Below are positions 25,116 through 38,600 of a stretch of DNA of 64,000 bases, in pieces. The first letter of the stretch is position 1. Each line of letters starts with the position of its first letter. The translations under genes and the position numbers were made by a program. The notes beneath the pieces are model-generated. The model did not search any database. It was given only the letters and a program-made list of their open reading frames with translations, and had not been told where the DNA came from. Source of the stretch: Anthoceros angustus (Eukaryota > Plantae > Anthocerotophyta); assembly GCA_010909165.1 (NCBI GenBank), contig MU008170.1, positions 1,178,001 through 1,242,000 of the forward strand, given 5' to 3'.

Positions 25116-27712
25116 ATCCAACAAGACATCGACACGCAATACAAACGACATGGCATTAGAATCATTTGCTGCAATTACACTTGTGCATCAACGACGTTAT
25201 ATTAGCTACGAATAGCCATTCTCTGCTAACTCAAGTGAATACCATGCTAAGCACAAAGTATGAAATGAAGGATATTGGAGACCTGAAATTTTGTATCGGA
25301 CTCCAACTTTTTCGTGTTCACACTGAGAAATTGCTCATCATCCACCAGTATTGACATATACAGGACATACTTGTGAAGTTTCAGCTAGATCAAGCTCATC
25401 CTGCAATAACACCATCTGCAGTGGATGTTAAACTCACTAGTCAGCAATGCCCACAATCTGCAGAAGATAAGATAGAATGGCAGGGGTTCCTCACCATCAT
25501 GCTGTCGGGAGTTTATTATTTGTTGCCAATTGGAGTCCTCCCGATATGATTCGCTGGTACCTTGCCGCGCTTCTTGAGCACCCCGCCAGTACACCTAGCA
25601 ACCAAGCGAGTTTTCAAGTATCTAAAGGGTACTCAAACATATGGTCTATTTTACAAGAGGAATGGAACATAGACACTTATCTTAAAGGGTTTTAATGATG
25701 CGCATCACGCCGACGCAAACCCAAGCTTTGTCTCTACGTAGTGTTTTCTTCTCGCTTTACAAAGCGAACTGGAGTTGTAAGAAACAAATCAGGCTTTATC
25801 CTCAAGTTGAGTATAAGAGCCTTCATGATTTTGCCAAGGAAGCTGAATGGGAATGTATCTTCGATCGATATAGGGCAATGGTGACACTCCCACTCCTTTA
25901 TCTCTACAACAACGTGTTAGCTTTAGCTGTGTTTCAATCCGAGGTTTCATGCAAGGACTAAACATGTTGAGATTCAACACCATGATATACTTAGATGTTG
26001 TCAACGAGGTGTAGTGAAAGCGGACTATGTGATTAATGACCATATAGCTTGATATCCTTACTAAGGCTTTGACCGCACAAACACTATGCACATATGGCGT
26101 GGCTAGACTATCGACCTTGTTGTCTTATTCACAAACCCAGCCTAGAAGATTGATGTTTGCCTGTGGTGTTTCGAAAGCTTGAGTTTCTTTCTAGTTCCAT
26201 GATGAAGTGTCTAGCTAAGGGCTTCCTTCTTCTCTTTAGTCCAAAGATCGTATCTGAAGCTACAAAACAAACACTTAGTCGTTTGATTGCAGTAGGGTAA
26301 GGTTTTAGAAGGGGAAAGGGTTTCTTGTATAGATCCTCATACCTTCCTACCGAATCCATGTAAAGGTCTTCATCAAGAGAACCATATAAGAAGGCAATAC
26401 AAACATCCATTTGATGTAAGTCGAGGTCGAGCTCGCAACGAGGGCTAGAATCATCCGCATAAATTACCAAATGCCTAATCACATCCAACAAGACATCGAC
26501 ACGCAATACAAACGACATGGCATTAGAATCATTTGCTGCAATTACACTTGTGCATCAACGACGTTATATTAGCTACGAATAGCCATTCTCTGCTAACTCA
26601 AGTGAATACCATGCTAAGCACAAAGTATGAAATGAAGGATATTGGACGAAATTTTGTATCGGACTCAACTTTTTCGTGTTCACACCGAGAAATTGCTCAT
26701 CATCCACCGATTGACATACAGACATACTTGTGAAGTTTCAGCTAGATCAAGCTCATCCTCGCAATAACACCATCCGCGCAGTGGATGTTAAACTCACTAG
26801 TCAAGAATGCCCACAATCAGAAGATAAGATAGAATGGCGTGGGTTCCTCACCATCATGCCGCTGAGTTTATTATTTGTTGCCAATTGAGTCCTCCCGATA
26901 TGATTCGTTGGTACCTTGTCAGCTTCTTGAGCACCGCCGCGTAATAATCGGGTAGCAACCAAGCGAGTTTTCAAGTATCTAAAGGGTACTCAAACATATG
27001 GTCTATTTTACAAGAGGAATGGAACATAGACACTTATCTTAAAGGGTTTTAATGATGCAGACTGGGCGTCAGACGCAAACTCCAAGCTTTGTCTCTCTAC
27101 GTAGTGTTTTCTTCTCGCTTTACAAAGCGAACTGGAGTTGTAAGAAACAAACTTCTGTAGCTTTATCCTCTACTGAAGTTGAGTATAAGAGCCTTACAGA
27201 TTTTGCCAAGGAAGCTGAATGGGAATGTATCTTCGATCGATATAGGGCAATGGTGACACTCCCACTCCTTTATCTCTACAACAACGTGTTAGCTTTAGCC
27301 CGTGTTTCAATCCGAGGTTTCATGCAAGGACTAAACATGTTGAGATTCAACACCATGATATACTTAGATGTTGTCAACGAGGTGTAGTGAAAAGCGGACT
27401 ATGTGATTAATGACCATATAGCTTGATATCCTTACTAAGGCTTTGACCGCACAAACACTATGCACATATGGCGTGGCTAGACTATCTGACCTTGCTGTCT
27501 TATTCACAAACCCAGTCTAGAAGATTGATGTTTGCCTCAGGGTGTTTCTGAAAGCTTGAGTTTCTTTCTAGTTCCATGATGAAGTGTCTAGCTAAGGGCT
27601 TCCTTCTTCTCTTTAGTCCAGCACTGTATCCAGTTACACAAAACAAACACTTAGTCAGTTTTTGATTGCAGAGGGGGTAAGGTTTTAGAAGGGGAAAGGG
27701 TTTCTTGCATAG
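24966..27712 (+). repeat. Tandem duplication (~1.37 kb x2) of copia RT/RNase H, including the inversion junction
   Basis: GATCCTCATACC..CATGTAAAGGTCTTCATCAAG starts both 24966 and 26332, and both units end in TTCTTG(T/C)ATAGATC. Confidence 0.85.
25170..26100 (+). pseudogene. pol: Ty1/copia RT C-terminal half and RNase H
   Basis: LCINDVILATN (degenerate LYVDD), KYEMKDIGDLKFCIGLQ, VPHHHAVGSLLFVA, NWSCKKQ..EYKSL..AKEAEW. Confidence 0.85.
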
Positions 27713-28335
27713 ATCTGTAGACGGTGAAGCTCCAGGTCTACCTAGTCATCTACTATTCTCAATTGTCATTCCTCAGAGTCCTTAGCTTCTCCAGTAGCTG
27801 AACTGTTTCAACCAGTGGTTTGAGGAGAGTGCTCTCGTTGCCGAAATCTTTAGTATTTTTCGGCATTTTCACCTCTTGTGATACATTTGTGGAGTAAGAC
27901 TAAGGAGTGTTCCAACCGAGGTTGATGTTGAGGCGGATTCTGAATCCTCTTAGGCATTTGTAGGCTCCCATGCAATGTTGTTCTTCCCAATATTCTGGTT
28001 TTGCGTGGCAAGGAAGCACTCTGCTATAGTAGGCCTAGAGTAAAACGAATCTGAATCTTGTCCGCAGTGAAAAGCTCGGGCAGAAAGAATGACTCTGTTC
28101 TACGTAGCAATTGTTTGCGAGACAAACAATTGCTACAACCCTGAATGCTTATCAGCAAATCTACGTAGCCAGATATTAGGGTAGTCGTGCTCAAATAGAT
28201 GTTAGATAGTAAGCAAATACTGTGGTGGTGGAGAGTAGCCTCCTTGATATCCAAGATTACCCTTACAAGCACCATTTCTGTTTGAGCTATCTGATCTCGG
28301 CATCTTGTAGTGAAATTGTTAGAATCCTCAGCATA

Positions 28336-28347
28336 GCTCTGATATCA
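28336..28347 (-). promoter_or_regulatory. tRNA-iMet-type PBS TGATATCAGAGC
   Basis: One mismatch from canonical TGGTATCAGAGC and abutting the LTR end ..TTGTGTCA. The same motif occurs at 55765-55776. Confidence 0.7.
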
Positions 28348-28611
28348 TGACACAAGAGCTAGAAGAAAAAAGAATCTCGTACGGTTCTTGCGCACCATGT
28401 TCCACAAAAGGAGCAGCATCATGATGGTGCTGCAACCACCACCACCATCTTGGTCATGAAGCTCGCGATGCACCAACCCTTCTTCAATGCGGCCTTTCGC
28501 CGTAAGCATGCCGCCACGAGTAATGCTATAAACTATAATATCATGAGTACACAGATGGAAAGGACGACATACATCAGAGGTTATGGAGGATGCATCACCT
28601 GCTGTCATATA

Positions 28612-29065
28612 GACTATAGTCTAGAGCTCATTGATGACATTTTGTTTTGGTGACATAAAAGTAAGAAACTTAGGTGTCCAACACAGAAGTCCATAAAGAG
28701 AAGGTATCTCTTTTTAGTACAAGCTATAGGCTAGAGCTCATTGATGACATTTCATTTTGGTGGCATAAAAGTAAGAAACTTAGATGTCCAACAATAAGTC
28801 TAAAAAGAGAAGGTATCTTTTACTACATAAAGTCTTCGTTGCTCTTCATTTAAAAAACAAAAAAGAACGTTAACAAAAATAGAGGCATCCAACAATGACA
28901 TCTAAAATGGAAGTTATCTAGATTAGAGGTGTTCAAGAAAGAAATCTAAACATGAAATTGCCTAGATTAGAGGTGTACAAGAAAGAAATCTAAAAATAAA
29001 AATTGCTTAGATTAGACGAGTCCACCAAAGAAATCTAAAGATAAAAATTCCCTAGATTAGAAAGA
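28612..29065 (+). repeat. AT-rich short tandem repeats upstream of CAF1 (~120-bp unit x2; ~45-bp TAGATTAGAGGTGT.CAAGAAAGAAATCTAAA units x3-4)
   Basis: Visible direct repeats, mirrored on the minus strand at ~57460-57765. Confidence 0.75.
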
Positions 29066-29608
29066 TAAAATATTAGAAAGTATTTATAAGGAAAGGTTAC
29101 GAAAATGGAAGCAGCTTCTTAGTAAAAGAGCCCTTAGAGGAGTATAAATATTGCAGAAACCACGTCATACATTCAAACATTCATATGTAAGATTTACCCC
29201 CAGCAGGAGGCATGTCTTCAAGTTACTTGTGGACTTGGAGCTTTGCCCTTTGTATGAGATCTTCGTTCTTTTCTTCTCCTTGAACCAAAGATATATTGGA
29301 TTTTTTTATGATATGTGATATAACTTACTCAACTCAAGAGAACCTCTTGTGTTTTAGCCAGTATTTCATACATTGAGATCTACTTTTGAACTGGGTCTAT
29401 TTTTGTGTTGCGCTTGGACTGAGTGTTCTTTATTTTTTATCAGATACTCCTTTTTTTTTTCTCCTTGAAGAAAAAAATTATTGACTTTTATTATGGTATG
29501 TGACATAACTTCCTGAACTTAAAGGAAGGTCTCACTCATAACAATAAGTTACAGAGAAATCTAAAAGTAATTAAATTATATATACCAAAGCATTTAACGC
29601 TAACCATA

Positions 29609-30415
29609 ATGACTATGGCAAAATCACAAGTCAATGTACCTTTTATAAGACAAGTATGGGGTTACAATCTTGAACAAGAATTAGACTTTATCCGGTTCCA
29701 TATTATTCATCAATATCGTATAATAAGTATAGATACAGAATTTCCAGGCACAGTGGTGGTGCCCGATGCAAGTTATTACATAGAAGACTATGAATACCAA
29801 ATGATTAAAGGTAATGTAGATAGACTAAAGTTAATCCAACTAGGGCTTACATTTGCCGATGAAAATGCAAAGCTACCTCTTTGTAAAGAAACCGGCGAAG
29901 TTTGGTATGGCAATTCAATTTTAGAATCAACCTTGACCAAGATATGTATGCGAAGATAGTATAAATCTCTAATGCTGGTATAGATTTTGATCAACACCGG
30001 ATAATGGGCATCGATGTTGAACATTTTCGACAACTATTCAAACGCTGCAATATATTACATAATCAAAATTTGCAATGGGTTGGTTTCCACCCAACCTACG
30101 ATTTTGCCTACTTGCTAAAACCATCACAGTCAAGAATTACCGAGACAAGAGAAGAATTTCTTTGTTTTGTAGCTAATTATTTTCCTAATATATTTGACGT
30201 CAAATACATGATGTGTTGGACAAGTAGTTTAAGTATATTAGCAAAAGTACTAAGTGGGGAGACAAAGGGACTTGTCATCAAGGTGTCCAGATTCCTTTTA
30301 ACTTTTCATGTATTTCAAAAATATGTGAAAAGTGGCCCATCTTCAAGATGGACACTTCATGTATTATAAGGATCAATTATATGGATTAAGTCCATATAAA
30401 ATATATTTAAACTAA
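29609..30415 (+). pseudogene. CAF1: CAF1/POP2-family deadenylase (DEDDh exonuclease), diverged, frameshifted as read
   Basis: IRQVWGYNLEQE, SIDTEFPGTVV, YQMIKGNVDRLKLIQLGLTFADEN, WVGFHPTYDFAYLLK, YFPNIFDVKYMM, GTCHQ..DS.LT and C-terminal QLYGL. The D,E,D,H,D catalytic positions are recognisable, and there is no intron. Confidence 0.9.
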
Positions 30416-30704
30416 AATTAATTTAATAATGAACTAAGTTCTATAAACATATTTTATCTTACTATCATCAGCGTATTATCTAGCGTGAAACTTTTCAACT
30501 GCGGAAGAGGCACGTGTTCAATTGTTCTTTCTAACCCTACCACGTCCCCATGGAACGCAAAAGTTTGGGCCTCTTTGTCATTTTGATCTAATTGCTTCAT
30601 TTTGGTTTGACCCCGATCCAAGGTGACCAACATCTATTAATGGATGCTTCTTTTTGAGCCATTCAGGGAAGTTAGGAACAATGATAGGAACTTAGAAGTT
30701 TCTC

Positions 30705-33700
30705 AGGGATAGGTAGACTAGTTCGTAGAGTAGGAGGAGGTCCTTCCCAAGTAGGTCGTACGTAGGAGGACCTTTGGGCGTAGGGTATATTTTTAGGTAA
30801 TGCTTAGTCTATATATGTGAATAAGGGGGATATAGGAAATTAATTTAGGATCATAGGGTTAAGTAGCAATAAGGTGGCACACCTGGGAGTGTTTGGCAGG
30901 GAACACTGCTTGAAGAAGATATTGGTGGAGATGGTGCCTCGTGGCGATAATCGACGGCCCAGCTAGTTAGGCATTATTTTCCGAACGGCCTAAATGGGAG
31001 GGCATCTTCCACCTCTCTTAGCAAGGTGTGAGCCTCCCTTAGTGAGATTTGAGATAGAAATGGAGGGGAGGAGGGGAGGAGCGGGGATGCTTGATTTCGC
31101 CATAGGATTGTGCAAGCTTTGTGCATGTGTTCAAGGCATCCATGCAAGCTTGAGCGATTGAGGAGCTCGGCCAGGTGGCACACGTCTGGTGCTTTGTGGA
31201 TGAACATGGGCTAGCAGAGATAGGAGGGGCCTTGTACAAGCTTGGAAGTTGCAGCATGGTTGGAAGGAGCTATGCTTAGGAGCTAGGAGTTGCAAGGAGG
31301 CCGGAAGTGACACGGCAAATTGTGAGGCACGCAATTTCAAAGAGGGCGCATCCGTGTTGTGGGTGTGCAGAAGCAAGAGCTCAACTTTTGGAGCTAAGGT
31401 GTGGAGAAGCCAAGGCCAACTGCTTCAATACTCAAACTCACCACCGTGAAAACGGCCTTGCATTTGCGCCTTGAGTACACAAGCTCACTTTCCTTGGTGC
31501 CCGGATATGGCAGCCATGTCGATAGCGGAAGGTCCGCATACGTGAGTGCACTCGACTTAAAGTCTCTCCTGAGGTGCCTCGCGAACGTCCTCCTGCCGGC
31601 GCTAGGTTTAGCGGCAATCACTGCTGCAGAAGAAGGATTCACCTCCTTCTCCTTTCTGTGCAATTGGGCAGTTGATTTAGTAGCAGCAAACCTTCCCAGG
31701 TTGTCCCGTGCCTGGCATCGATGCTTAGGAGCCGTAACCTCAGAAGAAGACGAAGACATGGTGAGAAGCACTATCTTCCTCTCAAGATGCTCTATGGCAA
31801 TGAGGCTCAAGGCGTAAAGCAAAATTATATAGGACAACTCATCCGCAGGGCCACACTCAGAGCGCCGCCCGTAAATTGTCATGAAACCGGGGTGTAAGAT
31901 GGTATAGGCACAAGTGCCGTAATGAGAAGTATACGATTCATCTCGCCTCTTCCTTCACGAGCAGCTCGCTGCATGAAGTCTGTCCTTTTCATTATCAACA
32001 AGTGGGAGTGAAGAAATAGAGTGTTGACATAATGAGTAGGGTTCATGGTTTAGCTAATTATTACTTGACTCATATAACTTAGGGTAATCCAACTAGTGTC
32101 CTTTCATTAGGGTTACGTCTCTTCACCGAATGGACATACCTTTTCATCTTCTTAGTTTAAGATGTCTTTTCAAGCATAACTACTTACTTCTTTCTTAATC
32201 AATATACAATATAATTATCTCATGAATGATGAGAGTAATTCACATAAATCTTCAAAACCTATGTAAACCCTCTAGCTACAAGCCGAGCCTTATAATTATG
32301 ATTTCTCCTTGGGCATTTAGCTTAAGCTTGAAAACTCATTTACAGGATGTAGGCTCGAGAGGGTAGTTCAACAAATTTCCAAGTATGATTCTTGACTAGA
32401 GAGTTGAATTCATCATCCACCGCTTTCATTGTCATGTTGAGGTCCATAGAATGCCCTTAAGAGATTGTGGCTCTAAGTGTAAAGCCATTGAGGCGAGCCT
32501 CGGCAGGTGGAAATCAATAGTCTCATATCAAGGTTTTTCCACTCTGCGGTGGCCTATGCCGGGTAGATTGTCTTAAAGGGGCTCTAGATCCGCTCGAAGA
32601 GGTTTGGCACGGTTCAGGGCCTACCACAACAAGTTTGGCTTCAAGCTCAGGGGCCAAAGATCATCATGCAAATGCCTTGGCAAGAGGGTCGAGGCTCAAT
32701 GTCAAGGACATCGAGGGTGACATCTACATCATGTGGAAACTAATAATCAAGGTTCATTGTCATCCCAGTGGTGGGTGGGTCAAGGTTAGGGTCGTACTCT
32801 CTACTGATCTCTCCCTTAGTTGGTAATGATGTACGAAGATGGGCGGTTTAGTGGGTTCAAGGAAAGTGACATAACAAGCTAAAGTGGCATGCCTAGTTGC
32901 GTGATCATACAATTTATAAGCCTTAGAAGTTTCTGTGATAGGTAGACTAGTTCAGAGAGTAGGAGGAGGAGGTCCTTCCCAAGTAGGTACGAGGAGGACC
33001 TTTGGGCGAGGGTATATTTTTAGGTAATGCTTAGTCTATATATGTGAATAAGGGGATATAGGAAATTAATTTAGGATCATAGGGTTAAGTAGCAATAAGG
33101 TGGCACACCGGGAGTGTTTGTGTGGAACACGCTTGAGAAGATATTGGTGGAGATGGTGCCTCGTGGATAATCGACGGCCCAGCTAGTTAGGCATTATTTT
33201 CCGAACGGCCTAAATGGGAGGGCATCTTCCACCTCTCTTTAGCAAGGTGTGAGCCTCCCTTAGTGAGATTTGAGATAGAAATGGAGGGGAGGAGGGGAGG
33301 AGCGGGGATGCTTGATTTCGCCATAGGATTGTGCAAGCTTTGTGCATGTGTTCAAGGCATCCATGCAAGCTTGAGCGATTGAGGAGCTGGCCAGGTGGCA
33401 CACGCCCTGGTGCTTTGTGGATGCAACATGGCTGCACAGAGATAGGAGGGGCCTTGTACAAGCAAGTTGCATGGTATGGAAGGAGCTATGCTTAGGAGCT
33501 AGGAGTTGCAAGGTGTGGGGAAGTGACACGGCAAATTGTGAGGCACGAATTTCAAAGAGGGCGATCTGTTGTGGGTGTGCGTAAGCAAGAGCTCAACTTT
33601 GGAGCTAAGGTGTGGAGAAGCCAAGGCCAACTGCTTCAATACTCAAACTCACCACGTGAAAACGGCGCCTTGCATTTGCGCCCTTTGAGTACAAGCTCAC

Positions 33701-35119
33701 TTTCCTTGGCAGCCCGGATATGGCAGCCATGTCGATAGCGGAAGGTCCGCATAGAGCAGCCTCGACTTAAAGTCTCTCCCGAGGTGCCTCGCGAACGCCC
33801 CCGCCGCTTAGGTTTAGCGGCAATCATCGCCGCGTAAGAAGGATTCACCTTCCTTTCGTGTACCGGGCGCTTGATTTAGTAGCAAAGAAACCTTCCTGTG
33901 TGTCCTGCGGCGCATCGATGCTTAGGAGCCAGAACCTCGTAAGAAGACGTAAGACATGGTGAGAAGCACTATCTTCCTCTCAAGATGCTCTATGGCAATG
34001 AGGCTCAAAGCAAAATTATATAGGACACGACTCATCCGCAATGCTTCACACTAGCAGCCATGTAGAAATTGTCATGAAACCGGGTGTAGATGGTATAGGC
34101 ACAAGTGCCGTAATGAGAAGTATACGATTCGCATCAACTCGGTCTTTTCACATATGAAGTCTCCCTTTCATTATCAACAAGTGGGAGTGAAGAAATAGAG
34201 TGTTGACATAATGAGTAGGGTTCGGTTTAGCTAATTATTACTTGACTCATATAACTTAGGGTAATCCAACTAGTGTCCTTTCATTAGGGTTACGCCTCTT
34301 CACCGAATGGACATACCTTTTCATCTTCTTAGTTTAAGATGTCTTTTCAAGCATAACTACTTACTTCTTTCTTAATCAATATACAATATAATTATCTCAT
34401 GAATGATGAGAGTAATTCACATAAATCTTCAAAACCTATGTAAACCCTCTAGCTACAAGCCGAGCCTTATAATTATGATTTCTCCTTGGGCATTTAGCTT
34501 AAGCTTGAAAACTCATTTACAGGATGTAGGCTCGAGAGGGTAGTTCAACAAATTTCCAAGTATGATTCTTGACTAGAGAGTTGAATTCATCATCCACCCG
34601 CCATTTGTCATGTTGAGGTCCATAGAATGCCCTTAAGAGATTGTGGCTCTAAGTGTAAAGCCATTGAGGCGAGCCTCGGCAGGTGGAAATCAATAGTCTC
34701 ATATCAAGGTTTTTCCACTCTGCGGTGGCCTATGCCGGGTAGATTGTCTTAAAGGGGCTCTAGATCCGCTCGAAGAGGTTTGGCACGGTTCAGGGCCTAC
34801 CACAACAAGTTTGGCTTCAAGCTCAGGGGCCAAAGATCATCATGCAAATGCCTTGGCAAGAGGCTGAGGCTCAATGTCAAGGACATCGAGGGTGACATCT
34901 ACATCATGTGGAAACTAATAATCAGAAGGTTCATTGTCATCCCAGGGTGGGTGGGTCAAGGTTAGGGTCAGGTACTCCCTCTACTTCTGATCTCTCTCCC
35001 TTAGTTGGTAATGATGTACGAAGATGGGCAGGTTTAGTGGGTTCAAGGAAAGTGACATAACAAGCTAAAGTGGCATGCCTAGTTGCAGGATCATACAATT
35101 TATAAGCCTTAGAAGTCTC
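30705..35119 (+). repeat. Tandem duplication (~2.2 kb x2): copia LTR start + LTR-like sequence + reversed copia integrase tail
   Basis: Units 30705-32934 and 32935-35119 both start with ..GATAGGTAGACTAGTT and end in CTTAGAAGT(T)TCT. Confidence 0.85.
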
Positions 35120-35640
35120 ATTGTAACCAAAAAAAGATGAGGGCATGAGCACGAGGATCTTAATTGCGTCTTTTCTCCTCAGGGATAAAGGCAAAGGTAA
35201 CGAGAACCAAAAACCCGAAGGTGTAGAAGACTGGGTTTTCGATGCCATAAAGCTTCATATGGGGTCATGTGTGAGACACACGGCAAAATGTACGCGTTTC
35301 AATACAATAGGTGGCAGACAATACCACCAAAACTTTGGGGTAAGCCCCCAAACTAGTCTCGGGTCATAGAAAGGAGGGTTTGATTCTTCCTTTCGGCCAC
35401 ACCATTCTGTTGAGGAGTATAGGGGACTGTAAGTTGTCTTTCTATATCATGTCCCCAAAGGAAAGTGTCAAATGCATTATTGACAAATTCTGATCCATTA
35501 TCTGTGCGAAAGAAATTAAGCATTTGTCCAGTTTGACGTTCAACAGTAAGAAGCCAGTCTTGAAACAATCTAAATGTCTCATTTTTCTAGTGCATGATAT
35601 ATGTCCAGGTGTATTTGGAAAAGTCATCAATGATACATAG
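34960..35640 (-). pseudogene. pol: Ty1/copia integrase core and SH3-like tail
   Basis: IIDDFSKYTW, FRTDNGSEFVNNAF, RQLTVPYTPQQNGVAERKNQTL, FFGYNETSKAYKLYDPATR. Confidence 0.9.
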
Positions 35641-35674
35641 AACATGGTAATATTTGAAGGGGCTGAAGATACAT

Positions 35675-38600
35675 TGTAAACGATCTCGATTCGGAAACTC
35701 CCTGTTGAATGGTGTCTTGGGGTGATTTTTTTTGTTTTCTTGTTAGGAATGGTGTTAAAATAAGTCAGGCTGACAGTAGGAGAGGGTATTTATATTAAAA
35801 AGTGTCCTTGGCTTATGGGGGTTTTTGTTGTTCCTTAGGTTAGATAATAAATGGTCTTTGAATTTGATGTCCCATGGCCTTTGGTCTTGGGATATCCAAT
35901 AGAAAGTCTATATATGTGAGAGGGGGTCTATATTTGCAGAGGTTGCTAAGTCCATAGGTTAGAGGTCGATCCAACCAAGTGGTAGTCGAATAAGTGTGAG
36001 GTTGCAGACCGAAATGGGGAAAGGTTATGTTTCGAGAACGGTCGGACCGACGGGCCGTGGAAGGAAGGAACCACGACAAAGGAGAAGTAGTCGTGGAAGT
36101 CCGATCAATAGGGGAGCCAGGCATGTAACCCTAAGGAGACCAGAAAAATGACAGAAGCAAGTTCAAACGGTGGAGCGAATGGCCGGAGCGAGAGTGAGGA
36201 GCGGAGCGCAACGGCGGGTGGAGCGCGAGGACGTCGAGGAGATGCGCCTAGAGGAGTACCGCGATCTGCTGGAGGGCGAGAGGGCGCAATCGCGAGGAGG
36301 GACACTCAACCTCGCGTGAGGGCGCGAGCGCGACGCAAGGAGGACGGCCCATCGGCGCGCGGATTGCCGAGGAGGTAGGAACCTCGGGAGACCGACCGCC
36401 AGAATTTTGAGGCAGGCATCACCGATTCGGGAGGCGGAGGCAAGAGAGGCCGGGCGCCCAAGGCCGTCAAATTGTAAATTGTAATGGCCAAACATGGACC
36501 ATTGGAAGGTCCGAGCTGGGGAATTGGTGAAGGAGTTGGGGCTTGGCTTCATGGAGAAGCGGTAGAATTATGTGAACTTGGCACTGGTACAGGAGTGCGC
36601 TCGCCATTTGAAGGACAAGCAGCCAGGCGGGGGAATTAGAGCGAAGCCTCAGGATTGGGACCTGGAATTGGTCAGTTTAGTGTATGAGCGTAGCAAGGAG
36701 GAAGCAGGTGGCTTGGTAATCGAACCTTCTCGGAAAAGGAGCACAGCAGCGGCCTTGGTCAAGGCAGGCATAATTCGGGAGCCCAATGGCTGGTTGACCC
36801 GAGAATTGGTATCGCGACACCGATGGTCCGCCAAGTGGCTCTCCGCTTTTCAAAGACAAGAAGGTGGACTATTTGTCCACCATTTTCGCTTCTCCATGAA
36901 GTTGTCAAGGGGCGAGGATCGATTGGGGCGAATTCTTGACAAGCCGCGGTGAAGAGAGGTTGAATTTGATCTCCTCTTCCCTCGCCCTTCTAATTACACC
37001 ATTTTGGTTCACCAGAGCGCATGCTAACTATCCACGGAGGTGGAGATTGTGGCCTCCTTCACATGTGGAAGCCGGCTAGGAGGTGAAGTGGAAAGCGGAG
37101 GAGCCCAAGGAGGAAATAGAGGAGGAATCCGATAGTTGGGAGTCCGTGGCAACGGGCAGTTCAAAGGAGGAAAAGGAGATTGCCACCAGCAAGAAGAGAA
37201 AGACCGGGGGAGGCAGGCGAGGCTCAACGAAGAAGGCGAAGGTGGACGCGCGCGTCACCAGGTCGAAGGCGGGCGCCGCGCTGCAGGAGAAAGTGAAGAA
37301 AATGAGGGCCAAACGGCAGATTGATTTGGCGGAGGAGGAGGCGCAATCCGAGGAAGAAAATTTGCTAACTCGATGCACGATGAACCGACCCCCAAGGATT
37401 AGGTTGACCTCAAGTGGACCTCCTGGATGGGAAGAGATTTTCCAGTGAACCCATTGGCAACAGAGGTCGACGCGCACTAGAGGCGACCCACTGGGAAGGA
37501 AGGTTTGACAGGGAATGGCGTCCCGGAGCGGCCTCCTCAACAGTGGATTTGCGTGAGCTAACCATATCTATGATCCGGCCCATGGGATTGGACTGCCGCT
37601 GGCCCTCACATGGCCTGCAAGGGGCCGAGAGGAAGTGGTGAAGGCCCGATTTGAGGAGGAGGAGGCTAAGGAAGCAATGGAGGAAGATAAGCACCCCTGA
37701 GGAGATGAGGGTAAAAATTGTGAGGATTTGCGCAGGCCCAAGAGGAGCTGCACCATGACGAGTCACAGGAAGCCGCATGGCCTGTGAGATCAAGATGCCC
37801 ACGAGGCTTAATCAAGAAAATGTGGGAATTGTCACAGCCCAAGAGCAAGAGGTACCGTGGAGAAGGCCCATGTTGGACCGATATGCGAGAGCGGACGAGG
37901 CACGTGTCGAGCGAAGGAGAAGGGAAGGGAAGCTAAGTAGCAGTGCCCACGATCGGGTAGTGGAAGGGACTATCATGAGGAAGGAGCAACCGAGGTAGCC
38001 AAACACCTACCGTAGTTGGAATGACGACGGTCGTGGAGTTCACTACCGCGTAGCGTAAACAACACGACATTGGGGAGCCCAACCTCAAGCGGCCATGAGC
38101 GCAACTCGACGCAACGAGGGCATGGATCGTGCAACCGTGTAGCCGACGGAGGAGGGGAAGAAATATGATAATCTCAAGGGGTTTTTGATGGGCCCTAAAA
38201 TGCTATTGAAGTGAAAACGGCACAAAACAAATTCAAAAAAGGGTGTTACCTAGTTACACTACTTTCCATCCAAAGAATGTTTGTGTCGAATGGTGGTCGC
38301 ATAACTCGAACCTAGGGAATAATGCAGTAGGAAGTAAGGAGGGGAAGGCCGCTCACGTGAAGGGACGATTATGGCTTAGCTTTTGGGAGGAAAATGTGGT
38401 TTTGTTATGACACCACAAAAGCTACATGTGGTATTTCCTAACACAAGAATATCAAGAACTGGACTTACAACATTAACTCGGGACGAAAAACAAGAGTTCG
38501 GGCCCATCCCCGTAGTTTAATCCTTCACATCACTTCATTGGTCCCCGCATTGTCATCACTATCTTTAAGCGGCACTTTTGACTATAGTTGTGAAGCCACG

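Larger units (their letters stand above)
23651..28363. mobile_element. Scrambled Ty1/copia relic, copy 1
   Basis: Contains gag (-), RT N-half (-), RT C-half/RNase H (+, duplicated), a Met PBS (-) and a 16-bp LTR stub. Direct repeat of 50318-55792. Confidence 0.8.

Noticed and set aside
31394-31882. 162-aa minus-strand ORF
   Set aside because: It is not maintained in the tandem copy (33600-34100) and has no recognisable motif.
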